DNA of 64,000 nucleotides from Chara braunii (lineage: Eukaryota; Plantae; Charophyceae): assembly GCA_003427395.1 (NCBI GenBank), contig BFEA01000006.1:7074983-7138982 (forward strand), read 5' to 3'. Position numbers and translations under genes: made by a program. The notes beneath the pieces are model-generated. The model worked only from the letters and a program-made list of their open reading frames with translations, searched no databases and was not told the DNA's origin. Position 1 is the stretch's first letter; every line of letters begins with the position of its first letter. Of the stretch, positions 49,831-61,315 are shown in pieces.

Positions 49831-50993
49831 CTTGTATAATGGGAGTTTCACTCCAGGCGTCGGGTTTAGAGCCATGTACTATACATAATTGGTGATTAGA
49901 CTTAACTCCCGTTTAAGTAGACTATATATATGTGATAGACTACTAGTTTTAGTAGGTTGACTTGAGTAGGGTTTCAGATATTACCTTGGGCATGAGGATC
50001 CAGGATTGGTGTCAGTTTGGTGTAAGCTTTGTGTGAGATTGGTGTGAGTCTTGTGTGAGTTTCATATGAGCTTTGTGTGAGCTTTGTGTGAATTTTGTGA
50101 GAGTGTGAGTGTGATACGAGTATGACTTTAGGGTAGGACAATGAGTTAGTGAGTGCCTTTGCGAGTTATATGGTTTTTGTTCAGGGGCACTGCTCCAATT
50201 TTTGGATAATGATACTCGATTCTTCATGATTGTTCTGAGATTCGGAGCGTATTGCGCTCTCTGCGAGGAATCTTGATTGGTAGGACTCCTAGAGAGGATA
50301 CGGTCTTAACCCAGAGAGGGGTTTTGTTGATATCACACCTACGGATGTATCATACGGGACACGAGACTATTTACGATTTCCCTTTATTTTTATTTGAGTA
50401 TGCCCTATCGTTGGGTTTTGATCCAAACGTGTGAGTCTCGTGTGGAAACAGAGAGTCATGAAATATTCTCACAGTGTGGACTTGTGCACACTTCCCTTGC
50501 ATCTTTGATGTTTGTATCTGTTTTTCACGTGTGAGTAAGTTGTTTGATTGTTTAATAAATGGTTACTGACTTTGATTGCATGGGAATAGGCTGAACCGGA
50601 AAGGCGGCCTAATTGTTTGATGGGAGGGGGTCCGTTTTGAGAAGCCACATGTTTACGTATGTGAGATAAAAGCAAAAATTTATGACTACAGTTTGTTCTG
50701 TGAAAATAAATAAAGTTTTGATTTTTGCAGAAAACTGTTAGTGGATAACTAAGCTTGGGAAAAGATGTTCATATAATGAGGGGTTTCTTCGAAAGAGACT
50801 TATTTGTGAGGCTCTGGGGCCGCTGGTGACATATACCATGATCAAGCAAAACGACTGCAAGTATTGAAAGTTGGCTCAAGAGTATTTTGGGAGGTCTAAG
50901 CCGGGAGATAAATCGACATCGTTGGGGCAACCCCCAACGTGGGCTGTTGTCCCGCCTAACCAGGACATCGAACCCCTATCTTAGCCTGAACTT

Positions 50994-51006
50994 GGAGACG
51001 GAGGGG
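50994..51006 (+). promoter_or_regulatory. Possible PPT of element D
   Basis: ggagacggagggg followed by TG at 51007. The following LTR is not recognisable. Confidence 0.4.
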
Positions 51007-51059
51007 TGACCGCACCATCATCCATGGGATATAATACATATAAGCGGGCTATTATGGTT

Positions 51060-51077
51060 ACTATTATTATTTACGAC

Positions 51078-51125
<48 letters not shown>
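51060..51125. repeat. (ATT)n microsatellite
   Basis: Direct inspection. Confidence 0.9.
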
Positions 51126-51126
<1 letters not shown>

Positions 51127-51816
51127 CATATGGAAGGGCTCGATTAAGCCAAATATCGGGTCACCCCAAAGACTCTAACTAGGGCGACTGCTAGGGGGTA
51201 CTTAGGTCCGAGAGTCAGAAGAGCCGCCTTAGCATTGTGTAAACGATGTAGGCAGCATCGTGGTTTAATGGCACAATGAGTTGTGGTTTGGCCCGATCAA
51301 CCAAACTACGGTGGGCTGAGGGTAGGACTATAACCCACTTGTGACTAGACGCAAAGTCGGGCTGAGTTTTGATTTTAAATTGCATAGAGTGAGCTACATG
51401 CAGTACTATGTCTATTACAAGTTTGAGCTGCTCAAGGAGGTGCGCTTATATATTGTAAGCCACCTAGAGGAGTATGCTACCTATTTCGATTGCAAAGTGA
51501 GTTACCTCAAGGAGTACGCTTCGAATTTCCTTAAGCTACTCAAGATGGGTGGGCTAGTACCTGCGCTTGTTGTGTGCTGCAATTTGTCCCACTAAGAGCA
51601 GTTGTCCTGCTTAAAACCCAGGCCCGAAGATAACGGTTATTTGACAGCCCGATTCAGACGGCACCCAGCGAAAGTCAGAAGGCGTCTAGGACAAACGGAA
51701 GGGGCTGCTATTTGAACGTTGAAGATAATTTAGGGCAATATTATAAAGAAAGTATTATTGTGAATCCACAAGTTGTTAACGGGTAGCTAAAAATTCAGGA
51801 ATTAAAATTATATAGT

Positions 51817-52028
51817 AAGAGTTTTTGGCAGTCTGAAAATCTCGAATGGTCCTGAAGTGATGAAAGGCCCAAAGACCTTGAAAACCACCTGTTCAGGCAG
51901 GCTGCATCCTGAAGTGGTGAAGTGAGAGTTTTAGGCAGTCTGAAAATCATGAATTCTCCTGAAGTGGTGAAAGGTCCGAAGATCCTAAAAACCACCTGTT
52001 TAGCCAGGCTGCATCCTGAAGTGGTGAG
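51817..52028. repeat. ~106-bp tandem repeat x2, with cctgaagtg(g/a)tga occurring 4 times
   Basis: ggcagtctgaaaatc...aaaaccacctgtt...ggctgcatcctgaagtggtga occurs twice. Confidence 0.88.
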
Positions 52029-52354
52029 GATTTGGTTATCTGTCTGCTCAGTGTATGCATTCGCTTGTGTTTTCGCTCGTGCTTTCTAGTCCTTACCCAA
52101 AGCGACGGGGACGTCCTTGATAGGCGTAACACACTGATTGGATAAACCCCGTCAGTGCGTTCATCTCAGTAACCTCATTTTTTTTGGTGAAAAGTTTGAA
52201 CCACATACGATTGACTTAGAGGGTGTGTGAGGCCCGCATTATTCCATGGTACAGTGAGATGACCATTAGTCATAAAAAATGTTAGGCTGGTGGAAGGCGC
52301 CAAAGCCATAAAAGTCCGGATTAAACCCCTCCCTTTTTAAGTTTTTATTTTTTG

Positions 52355-52356
<2 letters not shown>

Positions 52357-52393
<37 letters not shown>
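52357..52393. repeat. (TA)n microsatellite
   Basis: Direct inspection. Confidence 0.95.
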
Positions 52394-52395
<2 letters not shown>

Positions 52396-53469
52396 ATTAA
52401 TTTTACTTCGCGAACCAACTCGGCCTCTGGCAAGATGCGTCGCAAAGAAGGGAAAGACCCTACCTTGTGCACACGCAGAAAGACGGTATTTGGCGACGCA
52501 TGGGAAGGCGAGACGTTGGCAAACCTAGTATGGGGGAAAGTCGGGAAGTTCGGCAAAGTATGTCGTGCGCCCGACGACCAGGATACCAGATAGCTACAAT
52601 CCTGGGCGCAGGCGGCGTCTTCTGACGGCCAGGAGGTTGGTCGGTAGGCCTCGGCAGAAACCTGGTTTGTGCAGGTTGGACCGATCACGGTCCCACGACT
52701 ATTCATACGAAGGCACAAGCCTACCTAGCTCGACCTTCGCCCTAATTCTAATGGTTACAATACTGAACTTTCAAGCGACAGGGTTTGGGAATCGAGGCCA
52801 GCGACCTGCGACGAAGGAACGGCGAAGCACTATAAAGGAAACTGAGGGGTTGAGGGCTCAATGAGCTATCATCCTCAGTTTGTTGTCGATCTCGGCAACA
52901 TGTTCAATTGGTGAAGACAAAAGGAAGTACCAGTGGACTCTCTCTCCCCTGGCTTCGTCTTCTTTGTTTAATTTTGCCATCATTATTAATAATTTTTTTT
53001 TTTTTTTTTTTTCCGATCTCGGTTCTAGTACCGGGCCGATCTTGGTTAGTACGACCTGGAGCCATCGGAACATGGACCGAGGGGTTCAGTATGTATATGG
53101 GCTGAAAGGGTTGACTTACGAAGCGGGAGAAAACAGAGCATTGGGAACCATCTCCGCGGGTAGACCATCCACCAATCACTATCTGCTGCAGGGCAGTTTT
53201 CTGCCACCCACAATCTGCAGCTGAGAGGTTGACCGTGAGCATGTCATTGGGGCTTATGAGATGCGGGACCAGCCACACTGATTCGCCGAAGTCTTGATTC
53301 TACCATTTTTTATGCTCTGTTGTCAGCGGCGTATGTAGCCGCGGGACAAGGGAATTTGCGGTCACCAGCTCATGCACCGTTATGGATGGCACCACATGAC
53401 CAGCAGAAGTACCAAATCGTCACTAGGGCAGGCGGCCCAAGGCATTATGGGGAGGTCCTCAGCGGTGCA

Positions 53470-53732
53470 CAGTTGTGCATATGGAACCTTCCCTCACTTC
53501 GGTCTTCCAAGTTCTCATTTGAATATTTACTGCTACCACCCAAAATTTGCATCGGTGCCCCTCCACCTAGCCCTAGACTGCGCTCTTCTACCTAACGGAG
53601 CGTCAGGCTGACTGATTCGGAAGGTGAGTTGTTATACACTTCTTAGTGGGTTTTGAGTTTCGCGACTACGTCTTGCTGTCTTTATCAATCGACACCCTTT
53701 TGTGGTGTCTGGGTGGGCCCACAGTTGGCACC
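53470..53732 (-). pseudogene. Degenerate LSU (25S/28S) rRNA fragment
   Basis: ggaaccttccctcacttcggtcttccaagttctcatttgaatattt and tgattcggaaggtgagttgttatacact resemble the reverse complement of conserved eukaryotic LSU segments as I recall them. Confidence 0.75.
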
Positions 53733-53754
53733 AGCAGATATCAGGGGGGGATGC

Positions 53755-54440
53755 CGGAGGAGGCCTGCAACAATATCTGTCGCGCAAACCGTTCGACAAG
53801 CCTGGGCACTGGGGCAAACGACTAATGGAACCATCTGGTATCCGATTCTTTTGAAGTTCCCTCGGGGCTACCGGAGCTAAAGCAGGATGCAGTTGGGGAC
53901 TGCGTCGTCTGCTACCAACAATCTATTGTGAGAGGTTTGAGAATGAGCAGGCTCGTGGGACCCAAAAACGTGGTGAACTATGCTAGGACAAGGCACAAAT
54001 AGCGAATGATGGGTGCTTAGCCCAGGAAACAGTGGGATCCTAAGTGGCGGGGATCTCCTGCAGATGCACAGCCCGCTAGCCAGGATCCGATTCTGAAAGA
54101 TTTGAGTGTGAGCCCGCCCATTGGGACCGAAAGATGGTGGAATGTGCCTGAGCAAAGTGTAGCTGGAGAGAACTCTGGCGGGGTCACTCTGCAGGCACAT
54201 TGTTTGCCAGCCACGACCTGTTGTAAGAGGACTTGAGTGTGACTGTGCTCGCTGAAGCAAAAAAAAAAAAAAAAAAAAAAAAACACTAGACTGTGCCTGG
54301 GGAGAGGCACGTCCAGAAAGGGACTATGACAAAGGCACGCTCGGAGCTGATATGCAGATGGCTCGTCGAACCTCGGTATAGGGGCGGAGGACTAGTTGGA
54401 CCTGTAGTAGAGAGGTCCCTTCAAAATTTTCCTTCAGAGT
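53755..54440 (+). pseudogene. Several overlapping degenerate LSU rRNA fragments (the same region repeated)
   Basis: ggggcaaacgactaatggaaccatctggta (~GGGGCGAAAGACTAATCGAACCATCTAGTA), gggaccgaaagatggtg, gggacccaaaaacgtggtgaactatgc and ggtataggggcggaggactag; interrupted by poly(A) at ~54259-54283. Confidence 0.72.
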
Positions 54441-57263
54441 AGTGAGAGTTGTTTTGCCTTTAGCCCGCAGGGCAAGGCGTGGGTGAAGACTGAGGGTTTG
54501 GGGAAGGGGGAATCCGGATCTGCAGTTATATGGACTAGTTAGTTAGTAGAAGAGGAAATAAGAGGAACAGTGCAGGCGCGGAGGAGTCGAGAAGGAGAAA
54601 AAGAGAGAAAGAATAGGAATAAAATTGTATAACTCGACCATTTTTCTATGGATTTGGACAAGAAAAAATGCTAAGTTGGGGTTTTCGGCTATTATGAGTA
54701 CGATGGCGGTGTTGGATTTAGCAGCAAGATGCTACTTCTTGTGATATAAGCACTAGGAGCTGCGCGAAGACGTAGAGTTCTATGATGTTCTAAAAGTTGA
54801 ATGTATTTTTTCACTTTTTTGCGAGAGATTCATTTTTATTTTTTTTTCTCACTTTACATGAATGGTAAGGAGACTTACCCGTTGGAAGGTGCGTTGCACA
54901 GCCGGGCGATGGAGGTGGCGTGAGGCCAGTGACGGGTTGGTGGGAGTAACGAGAAGCCAACAATGAAGGTGCGCAAAGGCAATCGAGGAGGACGTGGCGA
55001 GAGAGGGAAAAAGGCATATCCCGCTCAATTGTTGATGAATATGAATGAAGTGAAAGGCTACATGGGGGTTTTGGGGCAATGCGAGCGCAAACAGCGAAGT
55101 CAAAATCGGGCTTACTGAAACCGTTCCGGAGTTGTGGGATTCATAAGCTGCATACAAGGTTAAGTAGGAAAACGAGAGAATAATTATGAATGTATCTTTC
55201 CCTGTCTAGAGGTAGGTTCATTCTCTTTCTACACATCTAATGACCCATTGGGCGAAGCCACTTACCTCGTCAGGATCGTGTTGTTGGTTTGGTAGTCTTG
55301 TCGTCACGCATGTGTCCGGTTTGCTCGTGATCTTGATGTATCAATCATAAGTAGCCTCGAAGTTGTTGGCTTCAGAGTTTGTGCTCTCCTAGTCTATCCT
55401 AAGTCTATGTGCTGATTGATTCTTGGTCCTTACTGGTCGAAATCGTCATCATCCGGGCATACTCCGTCATGTTTTGGATGCAACAGACATAGAAGGAAAT
55501 TCCATGTTCAATTAAGGATCGGCTAAGCAGCTAGTTTTGAACAAGAGATAGAGAGGGGAGGAGTAAGAGAGTGAAGGTAGACGAGTGTACAAGGAATAGA
55601 ATCAGAGAGGAAGAGGAGCTAACAGAATTGACAAAAAGGGGGAGAACTCACCTGATGACTGCACGAGGGAGGAATGTCGAAGCAGCGATGTATCTCTTCG
55701 TGTTTCAGTGAAAGATTCGTTCTCATTTTGCATATTTGGAGGGTAAATAGGCGATATCTGCAGTAGCGAACATGAGTGTTTCGTGATCAGCCAGCTATGC
55801 TACCAGTTGACTCACTGAGGCCGCAGTACCAGAGCCCTACTTTTATTTTCCGAATTGTTGCTTACTACGGGAGAAATCCGACTATGGTGAGGCGTAGGCT
55901 ACTGTTGTTTGTTGAGGAGCACGACTCATTATCGCGACTGCCATCATCGAGATCATATTGTTTGGCGCTCTCTTAGCTGTTGGTTGACGTGATATGCTTG
56001 CGAGTTTTTCCGCTGTCTCTCACCACAACTGCTCATTGCACCCGCTACCTGGCCGATCCTACCAATAGGTATATGCCTGCCTCGATAGACTGAGGCATAC
56101 TCGATTACATAGGAGCACTCTGAACTGTGGAGCTGCGAATGGTTCATTAAACTAGTTATCTGGTGATCTTTTCTTCCGCTCAGATAACTGTGGTAATTTT
56201 AGGACTAATACGTATAGCATGTCCCAGCATCCGGGAAGAATGCAGTTATAGGAGCAGGCCAATGGAGGCCTACATTGAGCTGCCCATAACCGACCGAGGT
56301 CGCAACCAGACTCGGTAAAAGCAGGACGCCGGGGCGAGGAGAGAAGAAGAGGATGAGGCACGCACCTGGTCTAGCGATGGTTTGCATGAGCGACATCTAC
56401 GTGTGCGTTGGTTACTATTGTTGACAGCCACAAATTGTTGTCATGCAGGAGCGGCAAGTCCTGCTGCGTAGCTGCATTCTGCATTTGAGTTGACAACAAA
56501 CTTTGTTGAGTTTGCATTGGCCTCATTGTGCATTGCCACGCATCGCTATGTTTGTGGAACTTGCGGTTGGACATCTGATCCTTGTGCTCCGCTAGTGAGC
56601 ATTGTTGAAGCATAACAGGGTCGCTTCTTGGCTGCTAGATAACACAACAGAGGTTACTGTACTTCTGACCTGCTGCACTTCTGAGCCAGCGTTTCAAACG
56701 AGGGCAGCTGGTGGTCTATTGCTGTTCGTATTCACCATCGCAATCCATGCCACAAACTGTATTTTTCATCATAGAGAGTGATATTGATGTTGGAGATATT
56801 CGGGGTTGTTACTGATTATATTTTCGAGGTACTTTCCCCGCCTTACTTTCAAGTATCAACGTTGTGGGGGCCGCTGGTCATCGGGTTGCTGCAGGGGCCA
56901 TTTATTGTTGCTGCAGCCATACCCAGCCTGTGCAGTTGGAACTTCAATTTGTGTATTGAAGCAGGGCATAGCCTTTGTCCTTTGGATTGGTGCTGTTGTT
57001 TCAAGTTGCGGCTACTTTGTACTACTACTGGGTGTCAAGAGTTCTTACTACCGACCCTCTCAGCGGAGTGTTGTTGATGCGACTTCAAGGAAGTTGCTCC
57101 CCGCTACGAAACTGCTGGTTGCTGATCTTCCGGTCCGTGTATTATTCAGTTTGACGGGTCTTTTGAACCACTGTCATTACAGATGGTTTGATGTTGCTAC
57201 AAAAGTTGGGATACTGAGATTATCACGACACCTGCAGTCGATGTTGCTTCTAACCTCAGCAAT

Positions 57264-57430
57264 TGGCGACCATTGCAGGACCCTAAGGATCTGAAGGCAC
57301 CAAGGCCCTCTTATGTGAGTTCAGTTCGCCCCTTCTCGTATCTCTAGCATCTGACTTCTCTTCTTCTTTCCTTTTTCCTCGCAGTCTAGTATGTGTTTGA
57401 AGAGGAAGGCGCCAGGCGGGATTGCAACCC
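57264..57430 (+). repeat. Left copy of an inverted homologous pair (partner 61147-61315)
   Basis: cattgcaggaccctaaggatctgaaggcaccaaggccctct and agaggaaggcgccaggcgggattgcaaccc match the reverse complement of 61147-61315. Confidence 0.85.
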
Positions 57431-59539
57431 GTTGTCGAGCGCATCGGTCCCACACGGGGACCCTCCCGGCCGCGTCACGCAGAATTATGCAAGACTTGTC
57501 GCGGAGAGCGTTTGCCGCTCCGGCCGAGTGCGTCAGCCGTACCTCTCGCGAGCCCCTACGACAGGACAGAGTCACGCGAGGCACCGCTACCTCCACCTGC
57601 GGGAGCTGTCACCATCCCTTAGGTGGGCGTATCCCTGCCGAGCTACTCAACCACATGCGAAAGTTTTTCGTATGCAATTGCAGAGGTGGCCCAGCCGATG
57701 GCGTTTCTCGTTTGCTGTAGCATAGAGGGTTACGCGCGGTCGAACGCCCAAAGATCGAACCCGTACGTGCATCGCCGTACGGGGGGGCTGAAATCCCAAA
57801 CGCGACTCGGCGTCGGTCGACTAGGACGCACTATTCTCACCACGCGCTACACCACGATACTCATACTTACCCACTCATAACATACAGAAACACACACAGA
57901 ACGGCCGCCACAAACAATGCCACGACACCACAACTCCTAGTCCCTTCAGTATCCGACCCATACTTTTACGCAACAGAACCAGATAGGCGCCGTGCGCTGG
58001 GTTTCCGTATAAGAGTCGAGCGAGCTCATGGCCTCCTCATGACAACCAGCCATGCGGGCATTCGCAAGCATTCGCGCTGGTAGGGTACTCTGGTGTACTC
58101 GTAGCCTTGCGGCCCTTGCTAACTTCGAGGGTTTCCACAAAGGATGCGGGGTAAGACGGCCCCCAGGGCAGGAAGGGAATTGGAGTGGTGGTGAGTTGTC
58201 TGGCGCACGCGAGCAACACGCTAACCCTTCCGCCCGGAGGTCTATCGTCCCACCAAAATCAACTCCAACGAGGATAAAACAACTACCCTTAGCATCATCA
58301 AGAAATACATCTTCGGGATTAGCCCTATAGGGGTTACCCGAACGCACATTTATTACCACCCCAGTGAAACGAGAATAGAACCGTCTCACTCAAACAAGTG
58401 GGTTGTGGGGTAGTTCACTCTCACAACAGTTGTGTGGTCTGCCCATCTGAATCCACGCAGTACCACTCAACATGAATCAATCGATACTCTTCCATACATA
58501 CATGCAATCACACCACGATATCAAACAAAGATCCACATGCTACACGGGGTCAACTCCAACCAACCTCTCCACTCATACCCTTCGCTTTAGCCAGACAAGC
58601 CCCAACCTCCAGCCAACCAACCATAATTAAGTACTCAGTACTTCTGTTAAATGGCCATTCAATAAAAGTCTGGGTGAAACCTTAACAGAACAGATAAAAT
58701 CACCAGGGCTAGAGCCTTTTCAGGTTGAGCATCGAGGGTGAATTGGGGTTGAGTCGTAGACCGACAAATCGGCAACCGACCTGTTATCACAGATATCAGA
58801 AGAGTAACCTTTTTGACGAAATAGCTTAATCAGATCAAACCTTCAAATGATAACACGGAAACCTGCATCACAGTACAGGCCAAAGAAGAGTACTACTCAT
58901 GCGTGTGCCAAGGGGAGAACATCCCCCTAGTCGCGTCTTAGTTCCTCTACGAGTGCCAAGTCACTGAGTATCTCCTTTAACCAGGATAGATCTGCAAGGT
59001 AGCTTCTAGCTGAGAACTATTCTAACTCCCCAAATTCTACAAAATTTCGACAGCGCTTCCCGTAGGAAAAGTGCCTTTTCAGAATTTCTATGAGTCCAAA
59101 AATGACTAACTCCTCCAGATTTGTAGAAATTTCGGCAGCGCTTCCCGTAGGAACAGGAGGCTGCCAAAACTTATACGAAGCTAAAAGATGAAAAGACAAG
59201 CAAACTACACTTGGGACTAACTACTGACGCCTGCTCGATAAATCAGGATCAATGACGGCTAACACAACCTCTTGATGAGACCGTGGGCTAGCATTGGGCC
59301 TAATCCCTAGCAAGGTCAGTCCTATCCTCATCCCAAGTTTTCCCTCCCAACATCCATCTGACCTACCTATGGCTCCCGCACTTGGCGAGCATCTAAAGCA
59401 ACTAACCTATCGAAAGGACACCCCAAGTGAGATCCTACAATCATATATGAGCATGCATCTCTCACAATCCCACATACATTTGCCCAGGTAGTTCGTTAGA
59501 TCACTCAGTTGTTCCCTTTCAATAACTCCCTCACTTATG

Positions 59540-60815
59540 GCATAGGATCAGACAAGGCCCTAACTTAAGGGCATGTCCAACCTGCCTAAGTAAACAAGTA
59601 AAAGTACGCACAATTGGACTGCCCTAACTTAAGGGTATGCCCAACTCCAGGTAAACTCTAGTCATAAANCATATGACCAGACCGCCCTAACTTAAGGGTA
59701 CGCCTGGCTTCTGCTTGAACTGACGACATGAAGCGTAAAGCTAGACTGCCCTAACTTAAGGGTATGCCTAGCCAGCTTTACACAAAGTTACATAGGGCAT
59801 AGGATTAGACTGCCGCAACTTAGGGGTGTGCCTAACCTGCCTAGAACAAGCACGAACGACGAATGGTCAAACCGCCCTAACTTAAGGGTACGTCCAACCT
59901 ACAGAACAAACGCAAACGACGAATGGTCAGACCGCCCTAACTTAAGGGTACGTCCAACCTACATCACGTCAACGACAAGAGCCTATCACCAGGACGCCCT
60001 AACTTAAGGGTACGCCTGGCTGGCCTAAACAGTATAGTTACATAGGGCAGGATCTGCCTGAACAAGTACAACGACGTGTGACTAAGTCGCCCTAACTTAA
60101 GGGTACGCTTAGCCTCCGTAACGACAATCATATGAGAACAACCATTGATACTTACACAAACTATATGTGTTTCTCTCTTATTAGGCAGATGATCAGACCT
60201 ACCCAACTTAGGGAGACATCCAATCCTGCCTTGTGTTTAGAAGGGAAAATAAAACAAGTTTATACTAATTCTCTGATCCTTTGTCTTGTCATGAGCATAA
60301 GACCGAGCCGCCCTAACTTAAGGGTACGCTCAGCCTGCCCGGGTTACCTTCGTTATATTCTTCATCACTTTTCTCCTTTTCTTGTTCTACCTGACTTACT
60401 GACCCGCTTTCCCCACTTAGGGTGCCCGGTCTGCCAGATGATATAGGTTCGTAATATATATCAAAATTGTATACTTGGGTTGATCATTATGTTCATGGCT
60501 TATGACTGAGCCGCCCTAACTTAAGGGTACACTCAGCCTTAAGCTTGTGTCCCCCTCAAAAGAAAACACACAAAGAGCTGAGTCCATACAACTTAGAGTG
60601 TTCCCACTCCTGTTTTCAGCAACCCATAAAGAAACACCAGGATTTTGGGACCTACCAACTTAGGGTGTCCATCCTCCTGTTCAGAAATCCCAAAAAAAAA
60701 CAGCGACTGGTCCGTCCAACTTAGGATAGGCCCAACCCTCAAACCCATACAAGCAGCCCAGCAAACATAAAATAAACACAGCACTGAACCCACTCAACCT
60801 AGAAGGGTCCAGCCT
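59540..60815 (-). repeat. Array of ~17 stem-loop units with conserved core CCCTAACTTAAGGG
   Basis: Exact cores start at 59558, 59622, 59685, 59749, 59875, 59935, 59997, 60090, 60311 and 60514. Degenerate cores near 59813, 60201, 60411, 60585, 60653, 60714 and 60792. Confidence 0.9.
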
Positions 60816-61146
60816 TTGGTTGACCCAGTCAATACATGCAATACAACCTTCAACCCACCTTCCCCCAGTTTAACTCTGTCTGAATTTACTCAAAAGATCT
60901 GAACTCTCATATACACTTGTTGATTTATCTTTCAGAATGCATGTCTTGACATACATAGCAAAGCAAAAAGTAATATCCTTACATAGTTAACTTTAGATAG
61001 CCCAGGGATAATAAATAGGGGAAGGGATCACACAGGTTAACGAGATTATACTTTAAGTTCCCTGGCTCCATAACCCCGCCTAGGCTCCGGCAAAGCTCCC
61101 GCAATCGGTGGGGCATCCTCCCACAGAGGCGTTGGCGCGGTCCTAT

Positions 61147-61315
61147 GGGTTTCAATCCCGCCTGCCGCCTTCCTCTCGTAACCCCAGACTAGACTTAGAA
61201 TAAGAAGGGCAGCGAAAGAAAGTTCAGACTCTCGAGATCCCAGGGAGGTGCGCTCAATCTCGCTGTGAGAGGGCCTTGTAGCCTTCAAGTCCTGAGGGCC
61301 CCGCAATGATGGCCA
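61147..61315 (-). repeat. Right copy of the inverted homologous pair
   Basis: Minus strand reads cattgcggggccctcaggacttgaaggctacaaggccctct ... agaggaaggcggcaggcgggattgaaaccc. Confidence 0.85.

Noticed and set aside
51180-51260. SSU rRNA-like remnant (gtaaacgatg)
   Set aside because: The match is too short and degenerate to support without an HMM search.
59540-60815. True CRISPR array
   Set aside because: The context is eukaryotic TE DNA with no cas genes. The exact core is only 14 nt, the linkers partly duplicate one another and pair with the repeat arms, and the spacing is irregular.
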